Source: Candidatus Acidiferrales bacterium
GTDB taxonomy: Bacteria; Acidobacteriota; Terriglobia; Acidiferrales; UBA7541
Length of the DNA stretch: 64,000 nt
Assembly: GCA_963836965.1 (NCBI GenBank)
Contig: CAWILQ010000023.1
Coordinates: forward strand, 57,797-121,796
Direction of reading: 5' to 3'
Below, in pieces: positions 45,658-54,947 of the stretch (position 1 is its first letter; every line of letters begins with the position of its first letter). A model generated the notes under the pieces. The model did no database searches. It was given only the letters and a program-made list of their open reading frames with translations, and had not been told where the DNA came from. Both the position numbers and the translations under genes were made by a program.

Positions 45658-47100
45658 ATGGCTTGGCAGGGACTCAAACTTAACCTCCGTGTGGCGCAGA
45701 AGCAGATTCTGACGCCGGGACTCGTGCAGATGGTCAGCGTGCTGGCGCTGAATCGTCTGGAATTGCGCGAAATGATCAACCAGGAGATGATCGCCAACCC
45801 GGTCCTTGAAGAATTGAGCGAAGAACCTACCGCGACCGACAATTACAGCGACGAAACATTTTTGAAAGCGGAGACAGAGAAAGTTCCCGAGAAGGAAGCG
45901 TCGAACCCCTTCGATGAATTCGACGTCGGAACCTTTTTCAACCAGTACCTGGACACGGGAGGAGATGGCGGAAAATCGCAGGAACGTGAAATTTCCGAGC
46001 GGCCGTCGTTCGAAAAGTTTTTGTCGTCGCCAGCAGGTTTGACCGACCATCTCGCCTGGCAATTGAGCGTAACCATCTGCTCCGATCCAGTGAAGGAAAT
46101 TGCGGAAAACATCATCGGCAACCTGGATGAGAACGGGTACCTGACAGCTTCTAGCGAAGAGCTCTCGCAGAACGGAAAATATTCGCAGGACGACTTGGAA
46201 GATGCGATCGCAGTCGTGCAGGACTTCGACCCCATCGGAGTGGGCGCCCGGGATCTCAGCGAGTGCCTTCTGCTGCAGCTGAAAGCTTTCGATCCGCAAA
46301 ACTCTCTGGCGCAACAGATCGTGGCCGATCACCTGAAACAGGTCCAGGCCAACCAGTTGAAAGAAATTGCCCGCGCGCTGAACCGGCCGATGGACATCGT
46401 GAAGCATGCCATCGACGCTATCAAGAAGCTCGATCCGCGGCCAGGGCTGCGCTACAACAAGACCGAGCCGCGGCTGGTTGAGCCGGATGTCTACTTTCGC
46501 AAAGTGGATGATCAGTGGCAGGTTTTCCTGAACGAAGACGATATGCCGCAATTGCGGCTGAGCCCAACTTACCGTCGGCTGCTGGTCCGGGACGCCGCGG
46601 ACAAGGATGTGCGGAACTACGTGAAAGAGCGTTTCACCGCCGCGATCCAGTTGATGAAGAACATCGAGCAGAGAAAACACACCATTTTGCGCGTCTGCCA
46701 ATCGATTATCGCGAGGCAAGGAGAATTTCTGGATCATGGACCGGACACGCTGAAGCCTATGATGATCAAGGAAGTGGCCGAAGAAGTTGGAGTGCATCCG
46801 TCCACGGTCAGTCGCGCGGTGGCGAGCAAATACGCGCACACACCGCAGGGCGTGATCGAACTACGATCATTCTTCAGCGAAGCGGTCAACGGCCCGGAAG
46901 GCGGCGGAATGTCGCTGCAGACGCTCAAGCGTCTGGTGAAGAAAATGATCGACGAGGAAGACACCTCCAAGCCGCTCACCGACGAACAAATCGCCAAGAA
47001 ACTGGAAGAGAACGGGATTCATGTCACACGGCGCACCGTGGCCAAATACCGCGAAGACATGAGAATTCCGAGCACGCACCAGCGCCGCGTCAAGACCTGA
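45658..47100 (+). CDS. rpoN: RNA polymerase sigma-54
   Basis: Gln-rich N-terminus, HPSTVSRAV, ARRTVAKYR-like RpoN box (TRRTVAKYRE). Confidence 0.96.
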   Translation: MAWQGLKLNLRVAQKQILTPGLVQMVSVLALNRLELREMINQEMIANPVLEELSEEPTATDNYSDETFLKAETEKVPEKEASNPFDEFDVGTFFNQYLDTGGDGGKSQEREISERPSFEKFLSSPAGLTDHLAWQLSVTICSDPVKEIAENIIGNLDENGYLTASSEELSQNGKYSQDDLEDAIAVVQDFDPIGVGARDLSECLLLQLKAFDPQNSLAQQIVADHLKQVQANQLKEIARALNRPMDIVKHAIDAIKKLDPRPGLRYNKTEPRLVEPDVYFRKVDDQWQVFLNEDDMPQLRLSPTYRRLLVRDAADKDVRNYVKERFTAAIQLMKNIEQRKHTILRVCQSIIARQGEFLDHGPDTLKPMMIKEVAEEVGVHPSTVSRAVASKYAHTPQGVIELRSFFSEAVNGPEGGGMSLQTLKRLVKKMIDEEDTSKPLTDEQIAKKLEENGIHVTRRTVAKYREDMRIPSTHQRRVKT

Positions 47101-47113
47101 GCCCCCCGAACCC

Positions 47114-48007
47114 GTGAAGCGCGCCAGAAGCAATTCACGAACCTCTCGAAATCCAGGCCGGCAACTTGTTATCCTCACTGGGCTGTCCGGGTCGGGAAAG
47201 AGCACGGTCCTCAAAGCGTTTGAGGACATGGGCTACTACTGCGTCGACAATTTGCCGGTAGAATTGATGCCGATTTTTGCTGAGCTGCATGCCGGGGGCG
47301 AAGGTGACTTGCAGCGAGCGGCGTTGCTGGTGGATGCGCGAGAAGGTCTGCAACTCGAAAAATTGCCTGGCTTGCTGAAACATTTACGGCGCGACCACCC
47401 TATCATTTTGGTGTATATCGAAGCGCAGGAAGACGCTTTGCTGCGCCGTTACAGCGAGACGCGGCGGCCGCATCCGCTGGGCAAGGATTTCTCCGTTCGG
47501 GAGAGCCTTCACCACGAAGAGGCTTTAATGGAGCCGATCCGCAAGCTTGCGGATGTGGTGATCGACACGACGCAGTTCAACGTCCACGAATTGCGCCATT
47601 TCGTGAACGAGCGTTTTAAAGATGAGAGCAAGCGGCCGCTGCTGGTTTCGCTCGTCAGCTTCGGCTACAAGTTCGGCGTGCCGACCGACGCCGACCTGAT
47701 GTTCGACGTGCGATTTCTGCCGAATCCGCACTTTGTGCCTAAATTGCAGCGGTATACCGGCAAAGATCCCAAGGTAAGAGGCTACATCCAATCGTTTCCA
47801 CAGACGGGAGAATTTCTGAAGCGGATGCAAGCGCTGCTGACCTACCTGATTCCGCACTATATCGAAGAGGGGAAGAGTTACCTGACCATCGCCTTCGGGT
47901 GCACCGGGGGAAAGCACCGGTCGGTCATGATGGCGGAATGGATGAAACGTGCGATGGACAAAAAAGGATTTGCAACGCGCGTGTTGCATCGGGATATCGA
48001 TAAGTAG
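47114..48007 (+). CDS. rapZ: RNase adapter RapZ
   Basis: TGLSGSGKS, DNLP, SFGYKFGVP, DVRFLPNP, GCTGGKHRSV. Confidence 0.93.
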   Translation: MKRARSNSRTSRNPGRQLVILTGLSGSGKSTVLKAFEDMGYYCVDNLPVELMPIFAELHAGGEGDLQRAALLVDAREGLQLEKLPGLLKHLRRDHPIILVYIEAQEDALLRRYSETRRPHPLGKDFSVRESLHHEEALMEPIRKLADVVIDTTQFNVHELRHFVNERFKDESKRPLLVSLVSFGYKFGVPTDADLMFDVRFLPNPHFVPKLQRYTGKDPKVRGYIQSFPQTGEFLKRMQALLTYLIPHYIEEGKSYLTIAFGCTGGKHRSVMMAEWMKRAMDKKGFATRVLHRDIDK

Positions 48008-48153
48008 TTTACTGCGTGAATTGAGACTGCCTGGCGTGGGCGCTAAGGAACCAGGCATGGGGAGTTCGTGACAAGCCGGCCAACCGATTTGACACGGCGT
48101 AATCGGGCGCTTAGCGTAAGAGCAGGGGAGAAGGAACTGTCCGAGGGCCGGGA

Positions 48154-50037
48154 GTGGGTCAACTCATTTCGCCACAATTAAAGAGGCTGCTGGCCTACGC
48201 AAAGCCGTACGGCCTGCGGATGATTTTCGGCATTGTGCTCGTTGCGTTGGTCGCCGCCGCGGAAGGAACGCTCGCCTTCATGGTCAAAGCGGCAGTCGAT
48301 TCCGTGCTCCATCCGGAGAAATTCATTTCGCAACTGCCTTTGCTGACACTGCCGTGGAACGGCAAGGTGATCTATCTCAATAAATTCTTTCCTTCCAGCA
48401 TCCACAACGTTTGGACGATTTTTTCCATCACGGTTCTCGTGTTGTATGTTAGCAAAGCGGTCGCCGAATACGTTGGAATGATGCAGCTTCAGTTTGCGGG
48501 CCTCGCTGCGATACGCGACCTCCGCAACGCGTTTTACGAAAAGGTGATTCGCCAGCCGATGGGCTTTTTTCAGCACAACCCCACCGGGCGCATCATTTCC
48601 GTGGCCACCAATGATATCGAAAGGGTGCGATTCGCGCTCAGCGATTACCTGGCCGATCTGTTCATGAAGAGCTTCACCTTTGTGGCTTTCGTGATCGTCA
48701 TGTTGATGCTCGATTGGAAGCTGGCGCTGTTGACAACACTTCTTCTCCCGGTAGTAGTTTTGCCCGTCAACAAACTCGGGAAAAAGATCCGGCTCTCAGC
48801 GGAAAAAAGCCAGACGCGGATGAGCGACCTCAGCCAGATCATCGAAGAAACCGTAAGCGGCAACCGCGTGGTGAAAGCCTTCGGCATGGAGGATTTTGAA
48901 GTCAGGAAATTCACCGAGGTATCGCGGCGACTGATCAGGGAAAACATGCGTTGGGCGCGCGCCGCGGTAATTACTTCTCCCCTCATGGACCTGATCGGAG
49001 CGGTGGTCATACCCCTGCTGCTTCTGTACGTTCGCAATCAGATTCAACATCAACAGATCACGGCGGGAGGTTTCATCGGCTTTTTGTATGCCATGTTCAA
49101 CGCCTATATGCCGCTAAAGCGCATGGGCTACGTGTATCAGCAATTTCAGGCTGCACAGGGCGCCAGCGTCCAAGTGTTTGCCTATCTAGACCGTGAAGAG
49201 GAAGACCTCGATCAGAAGGCCGGTAAGTTCCTCGAGGGATTCTCGCGAGAGATCGAGTTCGACAATCTCACATTCGCCTACGAGTCTAGCAGCGGACCGG
49301 TGCTGGAACGTGTAAGTTTTACGGCGGAGAAAGGCGAAATGATCGCGCTGGTGGGATCAAGCGGAGCGGGCAAGACGACGCTGGTGAATTTGCTTCCGCG
49401 ATTTCAAGAGGTGACTTCGGGAAGCATCAAAGTCGACGGCGTTGATATACGGGAGATGAACTTGCGATCGCTGCGAAACCAGATCGCCATGGTCACACAG
49501 GAGAACATCCTTTTTCATGACACGGTGCGAAATAATATTTGCTATGGAATGGGCGAAGTGCCGCAGCAGAGAATTGAAGCGGCAGCGCAGGCCGCGCTTG
49601 CGCACGACTTTATATTGGAATTGCCCAAGGGCTACGACACCGAGATCGGGGAGCGCGGCACGCGATTGAGCGGAGGACAGCGGCAGCGCATCGCCATTGC
49701 CCGAGCGATCCTGAAAAATTCGCCAATTTTGATTCTCGACGAAGCGACGTCTGAGTTGGACTCCGAATCGGAAAAATACGTACAGAAGGCGTTGAGCAAT
49801 TTGATGGTCGGACGGACGGCGTTCGTGATCGCGCACCGCTTGGGTACGGTGCGGAAAGCCGATAAAATTCTTGTGTTGGAAGATGGGCGCATCCGGGAAA
49901 GCGGCACTCACGCCGAGTTGCTGGCCAAGGGCGGAAGTTACGCCCGGCTTCACGACCTGCAATTTGCCGACGACGAAATACTTGCTCCCGCGGAAGCGCC
50001 GAATCCCAAAGCACTCAGGTTGGACGAGGTGGAATGA
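48154..50037 (+). CDS. msbA: MsbA-like ABC exporter
   Basis: TM domain + GSSGAGKTT, LSGGQRQR, LILDEATS; in lpt neighbourhood. Confidence 0.8.
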   Translation: MGQLISPQLKRLLAYAKPYGLRMIFGIVLVALVAAAEGTLAFMVKAAVDSVLHPEKFISQLPLLTLPWNGKVIYLNKFFPSSIHNVWTIFSITVLVLYVSKAVAEYVGMMQLQFAGLAAIRDLRNAFYEKVIRQPMGFFQHNPTGRIISVATNDIERVRFALSDYLADLFMKSFTFVAFVIVMLMLDWKLALLTTLLLPVVVLPVNKLGKKIRLSAEKSQTRMSDLSQIIEETVSGNRVVKAFGMEDFEVRKFTEVSRRLIRENMRWARAAVITSPLMDLIGAVVIPLLLLYVRNQIQHQQITAGGFIGFLYAMFNAYMPLKRMGYVYQQFQAAQGASVQVFAYLDREEEDLDQKAGKFLEGFSREIEFDNLTFAYESSSGPVLERVSFTAEKGEMIALVGSSGAGKTTLVNLLPRFQEVTSGSIKVDGVDIREMNLRSLRNQIAMVTQENILFHDTVRNNICYGMGEVPQQRIEAAAQAALAHDFILELPKGYDTEIGERGTRLSGGQRQRIAIARAILKNSPILILDEATSELDSESEKYVQKALSNLMVGRTAFVIAHRLGTVRKADKILVLEDGRIRESGTHAELLAKGGSYARLHDLQFADDEILAPAEAPNPKALRLDEVE

Positions 50038-50984
50038 CCACGATGAGTTCCAGCAAGGCAGGCCCGAGCAAAATCAGTCATGCGGAATGCCGGTCGATGA
50101 CCGGGTACGCGATGGCGCGCGGAGAGTTCGAGGGATGGACGATTCGCGTGAGCGTGAAGAGCGTCAACCACCGCTTCCTCGACGTGAAGTTGCGTATTCC
50201 GGATTCGCTCGAACCGTTCGAGCACCGCTTGCGGCAAGCGGTGCGCACGCGAATTCATCGCGGGCACATCGACGTAAACGTCAACGTGGAACCAGGCGAA
50301 GCGGCGCCGGTACATGTGAACCGGGAGTTGCTGAGGTCGTACGTGAACGCGGCGGAGGAGTTGCGCAAACAGACGGGCGGGAAAGAACTGGACACTGTGT
50401 CGCTGCTGCGTTTGCCGGGCGTGATTACCGGACTGGCGTCGGCATTGCCCGAAACGGAAGAGGACCAGGAAGCGCTGGGCAAGGTGTTGGAGAACTACCT
50501 TCTCGAAGCGCTGGAGCGAATGGATGAGATGCGCCGGAACGAGGGCGGCCACCTGACCGACGAGTTGCGCTCGCGAGTTGCAAAAATCGAAAACGAGACG
50601 GAGCAAGTGCGCGAACTGGTAAGTAGGCTGCGCCCGGCGTTTTCGCGGCGACTGGAAGCGCGCTTAAAGGAGCTGTTGAACGGCACGAATATCGAACCCG
50701 CGCGATTAGCGCAGGAGGCCGCGCTACTTGCGGAACGCAGCGATATCAGCGAAGAATTGGACCGTCTGCGAAGCCACCTGCAACAATTCACGAAATTGCT
50801 TGATGGCGCGGGTGAGCTGGGAAAGAAACTGGATTTTCTGTTGCAGGAAATGCACCGCGAAGCGAACACCATGCTCTCGAAGACGCCGGGGGTGGAAAGC
50901 GAAGCGCTGGCAATTACGGGCCTGTCTCTGGAAATAAAGTCGGAAATCGAAAAACTGCGGGAACAGGTTCAGAACCTCGAATGA
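50034..50984 (+). CDS. yicC: YicC/YloC family endoribonuclease
   Basis: SMTGY, KSVNHRFLD, DISEELDRL.SH, GKKLDFLLQEM.REANT..SK, EQVQNLE. Confidence 0.92.
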   Translation: MTTMSSSKAGPSKISHAECRSMTGYAMARGEFEGWTIRVSVKSVNHRFLDVKLRIPDSLEPFEHRLRQAVRTRIHRGHIDVNVNVEPGEAAPVHVNRELLRSYVNAAEELRKQTGGKELDTVSLLRLPGVITGLASALPETEEDQEALGKVLENYLLEALERMDEMRRNEGGHLTDELRSRVAKIENETEQVRELVSRLRPAFSRRLEARLKELLNGTNIEPARLAQEAALLAERSDISEELDRLRSHLQQFTKLLDGAGELGKKLDFLLQEMHREANTMLSKTPGVESEALAITGLSLEIKSEIEKLREQVQNLE

Positions 50985-51613
50985 GCGATGGCACAACGGT
51001 AGAGCCGCTGATCTTGATTGTCTCCGGACCCTCCGGGTCCGGGAAGAGCACGCTGGTGCAGAGAATATTGGAACTGCCGGGAACGATGCCTTCGGTATCG
51101 TGTACTACCAGGACGCGGCGGGGGACCGAATCCAGTGGAAAATGTTATGATTTTGTCACTGAGGCGGAATTCAAAGGCATGGTAGACCGGGGAGAGTTTC
51201 TGGAGTACGCCCGGGTTTTCGGCAAATATTCCTACGGGACGCCGAAGAAGTGGCTGGAGGAATCTCGCCGCAAGGGCCTGGACCTGGTGCTGGAGATCGA
51301 TGTACAAGGCGCCCGGCAGGTGAAGGAGAAGTTGCCGGAATCGGTGGCGATCTTTATACTGCCACCCTCGCGCGATGAACTCGAACGCCGGCTGCGTAGC
51401 AGGGGACAAGATGCCGACGAAGAGATTGCGCGGCGTCTGGCAAAGGCTCACGATGAGATCGTCGTGAGTGAGAAGTTTTACGATTTTTGTTTGTTTAACG
51501 ACGATGTGGAGCGTGCGGGAAAGGAAGCGCAGGCCATTGTAGTGGCGCTGCGATGCTCGAGCGTACGACGCCGCGATCGCGTTAAGAAAGTGCTGGCATC
51601 CTTTGGAGGGTAA
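50981..51613 (+). CDS. gmk: guanylate kinase
   Basis: SGPSGSGKST, SCTTR, YGTP, EIDVQGA, IFILPPS. Confidence 0.95.
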   Translation: MSDGTTVEPLILIVSGPSGSGKSTLVQRILELPGTMPSVSCTTRTRRGTESSGKCYDFVTEAEFKGMVDRGEFLEYARVFGKYSYGTPKKWLEESRRKGLDLVLEIDVQGARQVKEKLPESVAIFILPPSRDELERRLRSRGQDADEEIARRLAKAHDEIVVSEKFYDFCLFNDDVERAGKEAQAIVVALRCSSVRRRDRVKKVLASFGG

Positions 51614-51620
51614 GATACTC

Positions 51621-51845
51621 ATGACCGTGCAGACCAAAGCTCCCGAGAGCCAGTTTGCTTACGTTGTGTTGGCCGCACGACGAGCGCGCCAGATCATGGC
51701 CGGTGCGCCGCCCATGTTGGAGAGCGCGCGCACGCAAAAGGCCACGCGCATCGCCTGCGAAGAGGTGACCCACGGGCTGATTGAATACGACTTTTCCGAG
51801 GTGCCGGCGACGGAAGAGGAAAAGGAAGCCAAGCGGCGCAAGTAA
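51621..51845 (+). CDS. rpoZ: RNA polymerase omega subunit
   Basis: SQFAYVVLAARRARQI..K...IA..E; located between gmk and coaBC. Confidence 0.88.
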   Translation: MTVQTKAPESQFAYVVLAARRARQIMAGAPPMLESARTQKATRIACEEVTHGLIEYDFSEVPATEEEKEAKRRK

Positions 51846-51863
51846 CGCGCTGGCGAGGCGGCT

Positions 51864-53102
51864 ATGCGCATCACCCTAGGGGTCACGGGCGGTATTGCAG
51901 CGTATAAATCCGCGGAACTGGTGCGCCGCCTGCAAGACGAGGGGCACTCCATCCAAGTGGTTATGACGCGGGCAGCGCGCGAGTTCATCACACCTCTCAC
52001 CTTTGCGGCTCTCAGCGGACAACGGGTCATCACCGACTTATTCTCAAATCAGCCGGGCGGAGAAGGCAGCCTTGATTCCGCCATCGACCATATCGCGGTG
52101 GCGCAGCGCACGGACTTGCTATTGGTGGCGCCCGCGACTGCGGATGTTCTGGCCAAGTTCGCGGGCGGCATTGCCGACGATTTTCTGACGACACTATACC
52201 TCGCCTCCACCGCACCGGTGGTTGTGGCACCGGCCATGAACGTCAACATGTGGCAGCATGCGGCTACACAGGAAAGTGTGGCGACGCTGCACGCGCGTGG
52301 TGTGTGGATTGTTGAGCCGAGCGAAGGTTATCTGGCGTGCGGGATGACCGGCTCGGGCCGACTGGCGGAGCAAGAAGAAATCCTGAAGACGGTGCGCGAG
52401 GTTCTGCAAGGGAAGCAGGATTTGGCGGGCGAAACGATTCTGGTGACCGCGGGACCGACGTGCGAGGACCTCGATCCGGTTCGATTTTTGACCAACCGTT
52501 CCTCGGGCAAGATGGGCTACGCCGTGGCGGCTACGGCGGCGCGGCGAGGCGCGAAAGTCGCGCTGGTGAGTGGACCGACGGCGCTAGAAACGCCACAGGG
52601 AGTTGAACGGATCGACGTGCGAAGCACGGAAGAAATGCAGCGGGCCGTGCAATCGAAGTTCGTTGGCTGCACGATTGCGATTTTTGCGGCCGCGGTGGCC
52701 GATTACCGGCCTGCGGAAAAGTCTGGTCAGAAGATCAAGCATGGAGAAGCGGGGCTCACGCTGAGGCTGGAACCCAACCCAGACATTTTGGCGACCGTGG
52801 CCAAGGAAAAAGGCGAGCGCCTGGTTGTCGGGTTTGCGGCAGAGACCGAACATGTGGCGGAAAACGCCCGCAAGAAGCTGGGGCAGAAGAATGCCGACAT
52901 GATCGTAGCGAATGACGTGACCAAGGAAGGGGCGGGTTTCGATGGAGACACAAATATCGTCACTTTGTTTTCTCGTGACGGGCGCGATTTGCCGTTGCCG
53001 CGATTGAGCAAGCCTGAAGTGGCAGACCGAATTATCGATGAGGCCTTACGGCTGCGCGGTGCACTGAAGAGCAGGCCCGCGTCCCAAAGGGCGAGCGACT
53101 GA
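51864..53102 (+). CDS. coaBC: bifunctional CoaBC
   Basis: GVTGGIAAYK, APATA, PAMNVNM, TAGPT.E.LDPVRFLTNRSSGKMG, GFAAET. Confidence 0.95.
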   Translation: MRITLGVTGGIAAYKSAELVRRLQDEGHSIQVVMTRAAREFITPLTFAALSGQRVITDLFSNQPGGEGSLDSAIDHIAVAQRTDLLLVAPATADVLAKFAGGIADDFLTTLYLASTAPVVVAPAMNVNMWQHAATQESVATLHARGVWIVEPSEGYLACGMTGSGRLAEQEEILKTVREVLQGKQDLAGETILVTAGPTCEDLDPVRFLTNRSSGKMGYAVAATAARRGAKVALVSGPTALETPQGVERIDVRSTEEMQRAVQSKFVGCTIAIFAAAVADYRPAEKSGQKIKHGEAGLTLRLEPNPDILATVAKEKGERLVVGFAAETEHVAENARKKLGQKNADMIVANDVTKEGAGFDGDTNIVTLFSRDGRDLPLPRLSKPEVADRIIDEALRLRGALKSRPASQRASD

Positions 53103-53107
53103 CGATC

Positions 53108-53953
53108 ATGCCTGAATCGATTCCGCAGTCCCTGCAAAACAGAATTGAGGAACGCCTGCGGTATTACGAGGACCTGGGAATTCGTCTGTTCTACCGCGAT
53201 CGCACGCCCTCGTTGTTTGCGGAGGCTGAGCCGCCCAACAGTGCCATTTCAGAGGAGAGTTCCTTGCCTAGGCCGCCAAGCAAAGTGGCTATGCCCACCA
53301 GCGCTGAATCCTCCCCGCGTCCGTTGCCAATCAAACCTCCATCCGGTCCTTCCTTGTTCGAGGAAGTAGAAAAAGTGAAGGACGACACTCTGCCGAGGAT
53401 TCGCGAAGACCTCGGAGATTGCACCCGCTGTAAGCTGCACAAGGGCAGGCACCAACTTGTGTTTGGAGACGGCAGCGCGCTGGCGCCATTGGTTTTCGTC
53501 GGCGAAGGGCCAGGCGCGGATGAAGACGCGCAGGGCCTTCCGTTCGTGGGCCGCGCCGGGAAACTGCTCACGCAGATGATCGAGGCCATGGGTCTGCAGC
53601 GGAAAGACGTATATATCTGCAATGTGGTGAAATGCCGGCCGCCGCAGAACCGCGCTCCGGAGCCCGATGAAGTGGAAACGTGCTCGCCGTACCTGTTTCG
53701 CCAGATCGACGTGATCAATCCCAAGGTAGTTGTGTGTTTGGGAGCGGTCGCGGCGAAAACGTTGCTTGAAACCACGCGTGGTATTTCGCACTTCCGCGGA
53801 GAGTGGCAGGAGTGGCGCGGCCGAAAATTGATGGCCACCTATCATCCCGCGTATTTGCTGCGCAATCCGCCGGCCAAGGCTGACGTTTGGAAAGACCTGC
53901 AGAAAGTAATGGCCGAACTGGGCCTGGCCCTACCGAAGAAAAAATCCTCGTAG
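53108..53953 (+). CDS. udg: uracil-DNA glycosylase family 4
   Basis: CTRCKL, GEGPGADED, PFVGRAG, NVVKCRPP.NR, TYHPAYLLRNP. Confidence 0.92.
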   Translation: MPESIPQSLQNRIEERLRYYEDLGIRLFYRDRTPSLFAEAEPPNSAISEESSLPRPPSKVAMPTSAESSPRPLPIKPPSGPSLFEEVEKVKDDTLPRIREDLGDCTRCKLHKGRHQLVFGDGSALAPLVFVGEGPGADEDAQGLPFVGRAGKLLTQMIEAMGLQRKDVYICNVVKCRPPQNRAPEPDEVETCSPYLFRQIDVINPKVVVCLGAVAAKTLLETTRGISHFRGEWQEWRGRKLMATYHPAYLLRNPPAKADVWKDLQKVMAELGLALPKKKSS

Positions 53954-53960
53954 TTTGCGC

Positions 53961-54842
53961 ATGGGCATCCTTTTTGGTTTGCTGACCGCGCTGTCCTGGG
54001 GAAGCTCGGACCTGCTGGCGCGCTTTGCCACACGAAAAATTGGGACGTTTCGGGCGATGCTTTATATGCAGCTCACGGGACTGCTGTTGCTCACCCTGGC
54101 GCTGCATTGGATGGGCGGCTGGGGCCACCTCATCGGCTTCGGCTGGGAACCGTGGGCGTGGGGAATTTGCGCTGGAGTTTTGAATACCGCTGCGACTCTC
54201 GCGCTCTATCGATCTTTTGAAATTGGCAAAATGTCGATCGTGGCGCCCATTTCCGCGAGCTATCCAGGGTTGACTATGCTGCTTGCCGGGCTCACCGGCG
54301 AACGGCTGACTCCACTGCGACTCGCCGGCCTACTGCTGATCCTTTTAGGAGTCGCAATCGTGTCGAGAGGCGAAGAAATTCCTGGCGATAAAGAATCGAT
54401 GAATCCAAAAGCGCAGCCGGGCCAAAGGCATCTTGGAGTCGGATGGGCCTTGCTTTCGGCGCTGGGATTCGGCCTGCTGTTCTGGGTGTTAGGAACCCGA
54501 GCGGTGCCTCTGTTGGGAAGCGCGCAGACCGTCTGGCTGATTCGATTGACATGCGTTGTGCTGACTTTGCTGGTCATGCTGCTCCTGCGACAGCCTAAAG
54601 GTCTACCGCAAGCCGGAGCGAGCTGGACGGTACTCGGTATGGGCCTTCTAGATACCAGCGCGTACGTTCTCAACAACTACGGAATTCAACTGGAGCAAGT
54701 GTCCGTTGTGAGCGTGCTCGCCTCGCTTTATAGCGCGGTGACCGTGGCATTGGCCGCGACAATTCTGGGCGAGAAAGTTACGAGGATGCAGTGGACGGGA
54801 ATTGTCGCAGTATTCGCGGGAATTGTCCTCATCAGCCGGTGA
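53961..54842 (+). CDS. EamA/DMT family transporter
   Basis: About 10 TM segments in two repeats; SIVAPISASYP, VSVLASLYS. Confidence 0.88.
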   Translation: MGILFGLLTALSWGSSDLLARFATRKIGTFRAMLYMQLTGLLLLTLALHWMGGWGHLIGFGWEPWAWGICAGVLNTAATLALYRSFEIGKMSIVAPISASYPGLTMLLAGLTGERLTPLRLAGLLLILLGVAIVSRGEEIPGDKESMNPKAQPGQRHLGVGWALLSALGFGLLFWVLGTRAVPLLGSAQTVWLIRLTCVVLTLLVMLLLRQPKGLPQAGASWTVLGMGLLDTSAYVLNNYGIQLEQVSVVSVLASLYSAVTVALAATILGEKVTRMQWTGIVAVFAGIVLISR

Positions 54843-54947
54843 GGAGGGGCCGCGGACTTTTCTACAACTGATAGACTACTCGTCGCCCCAACGGGCGCCC
54901 GCCTCAGTTCGTGCCTCAGGGCAAGCAGAAGGCGGGCACTACACGAA

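Noticed and set aside
45631-46839. 402-aa minus-strand ORF; likewise 9097-10272, 1998-2858 and 41476-42252
   Set aside because: Shadows of rpoN, Lon, ABC-F and the DGC; no domain motifs.
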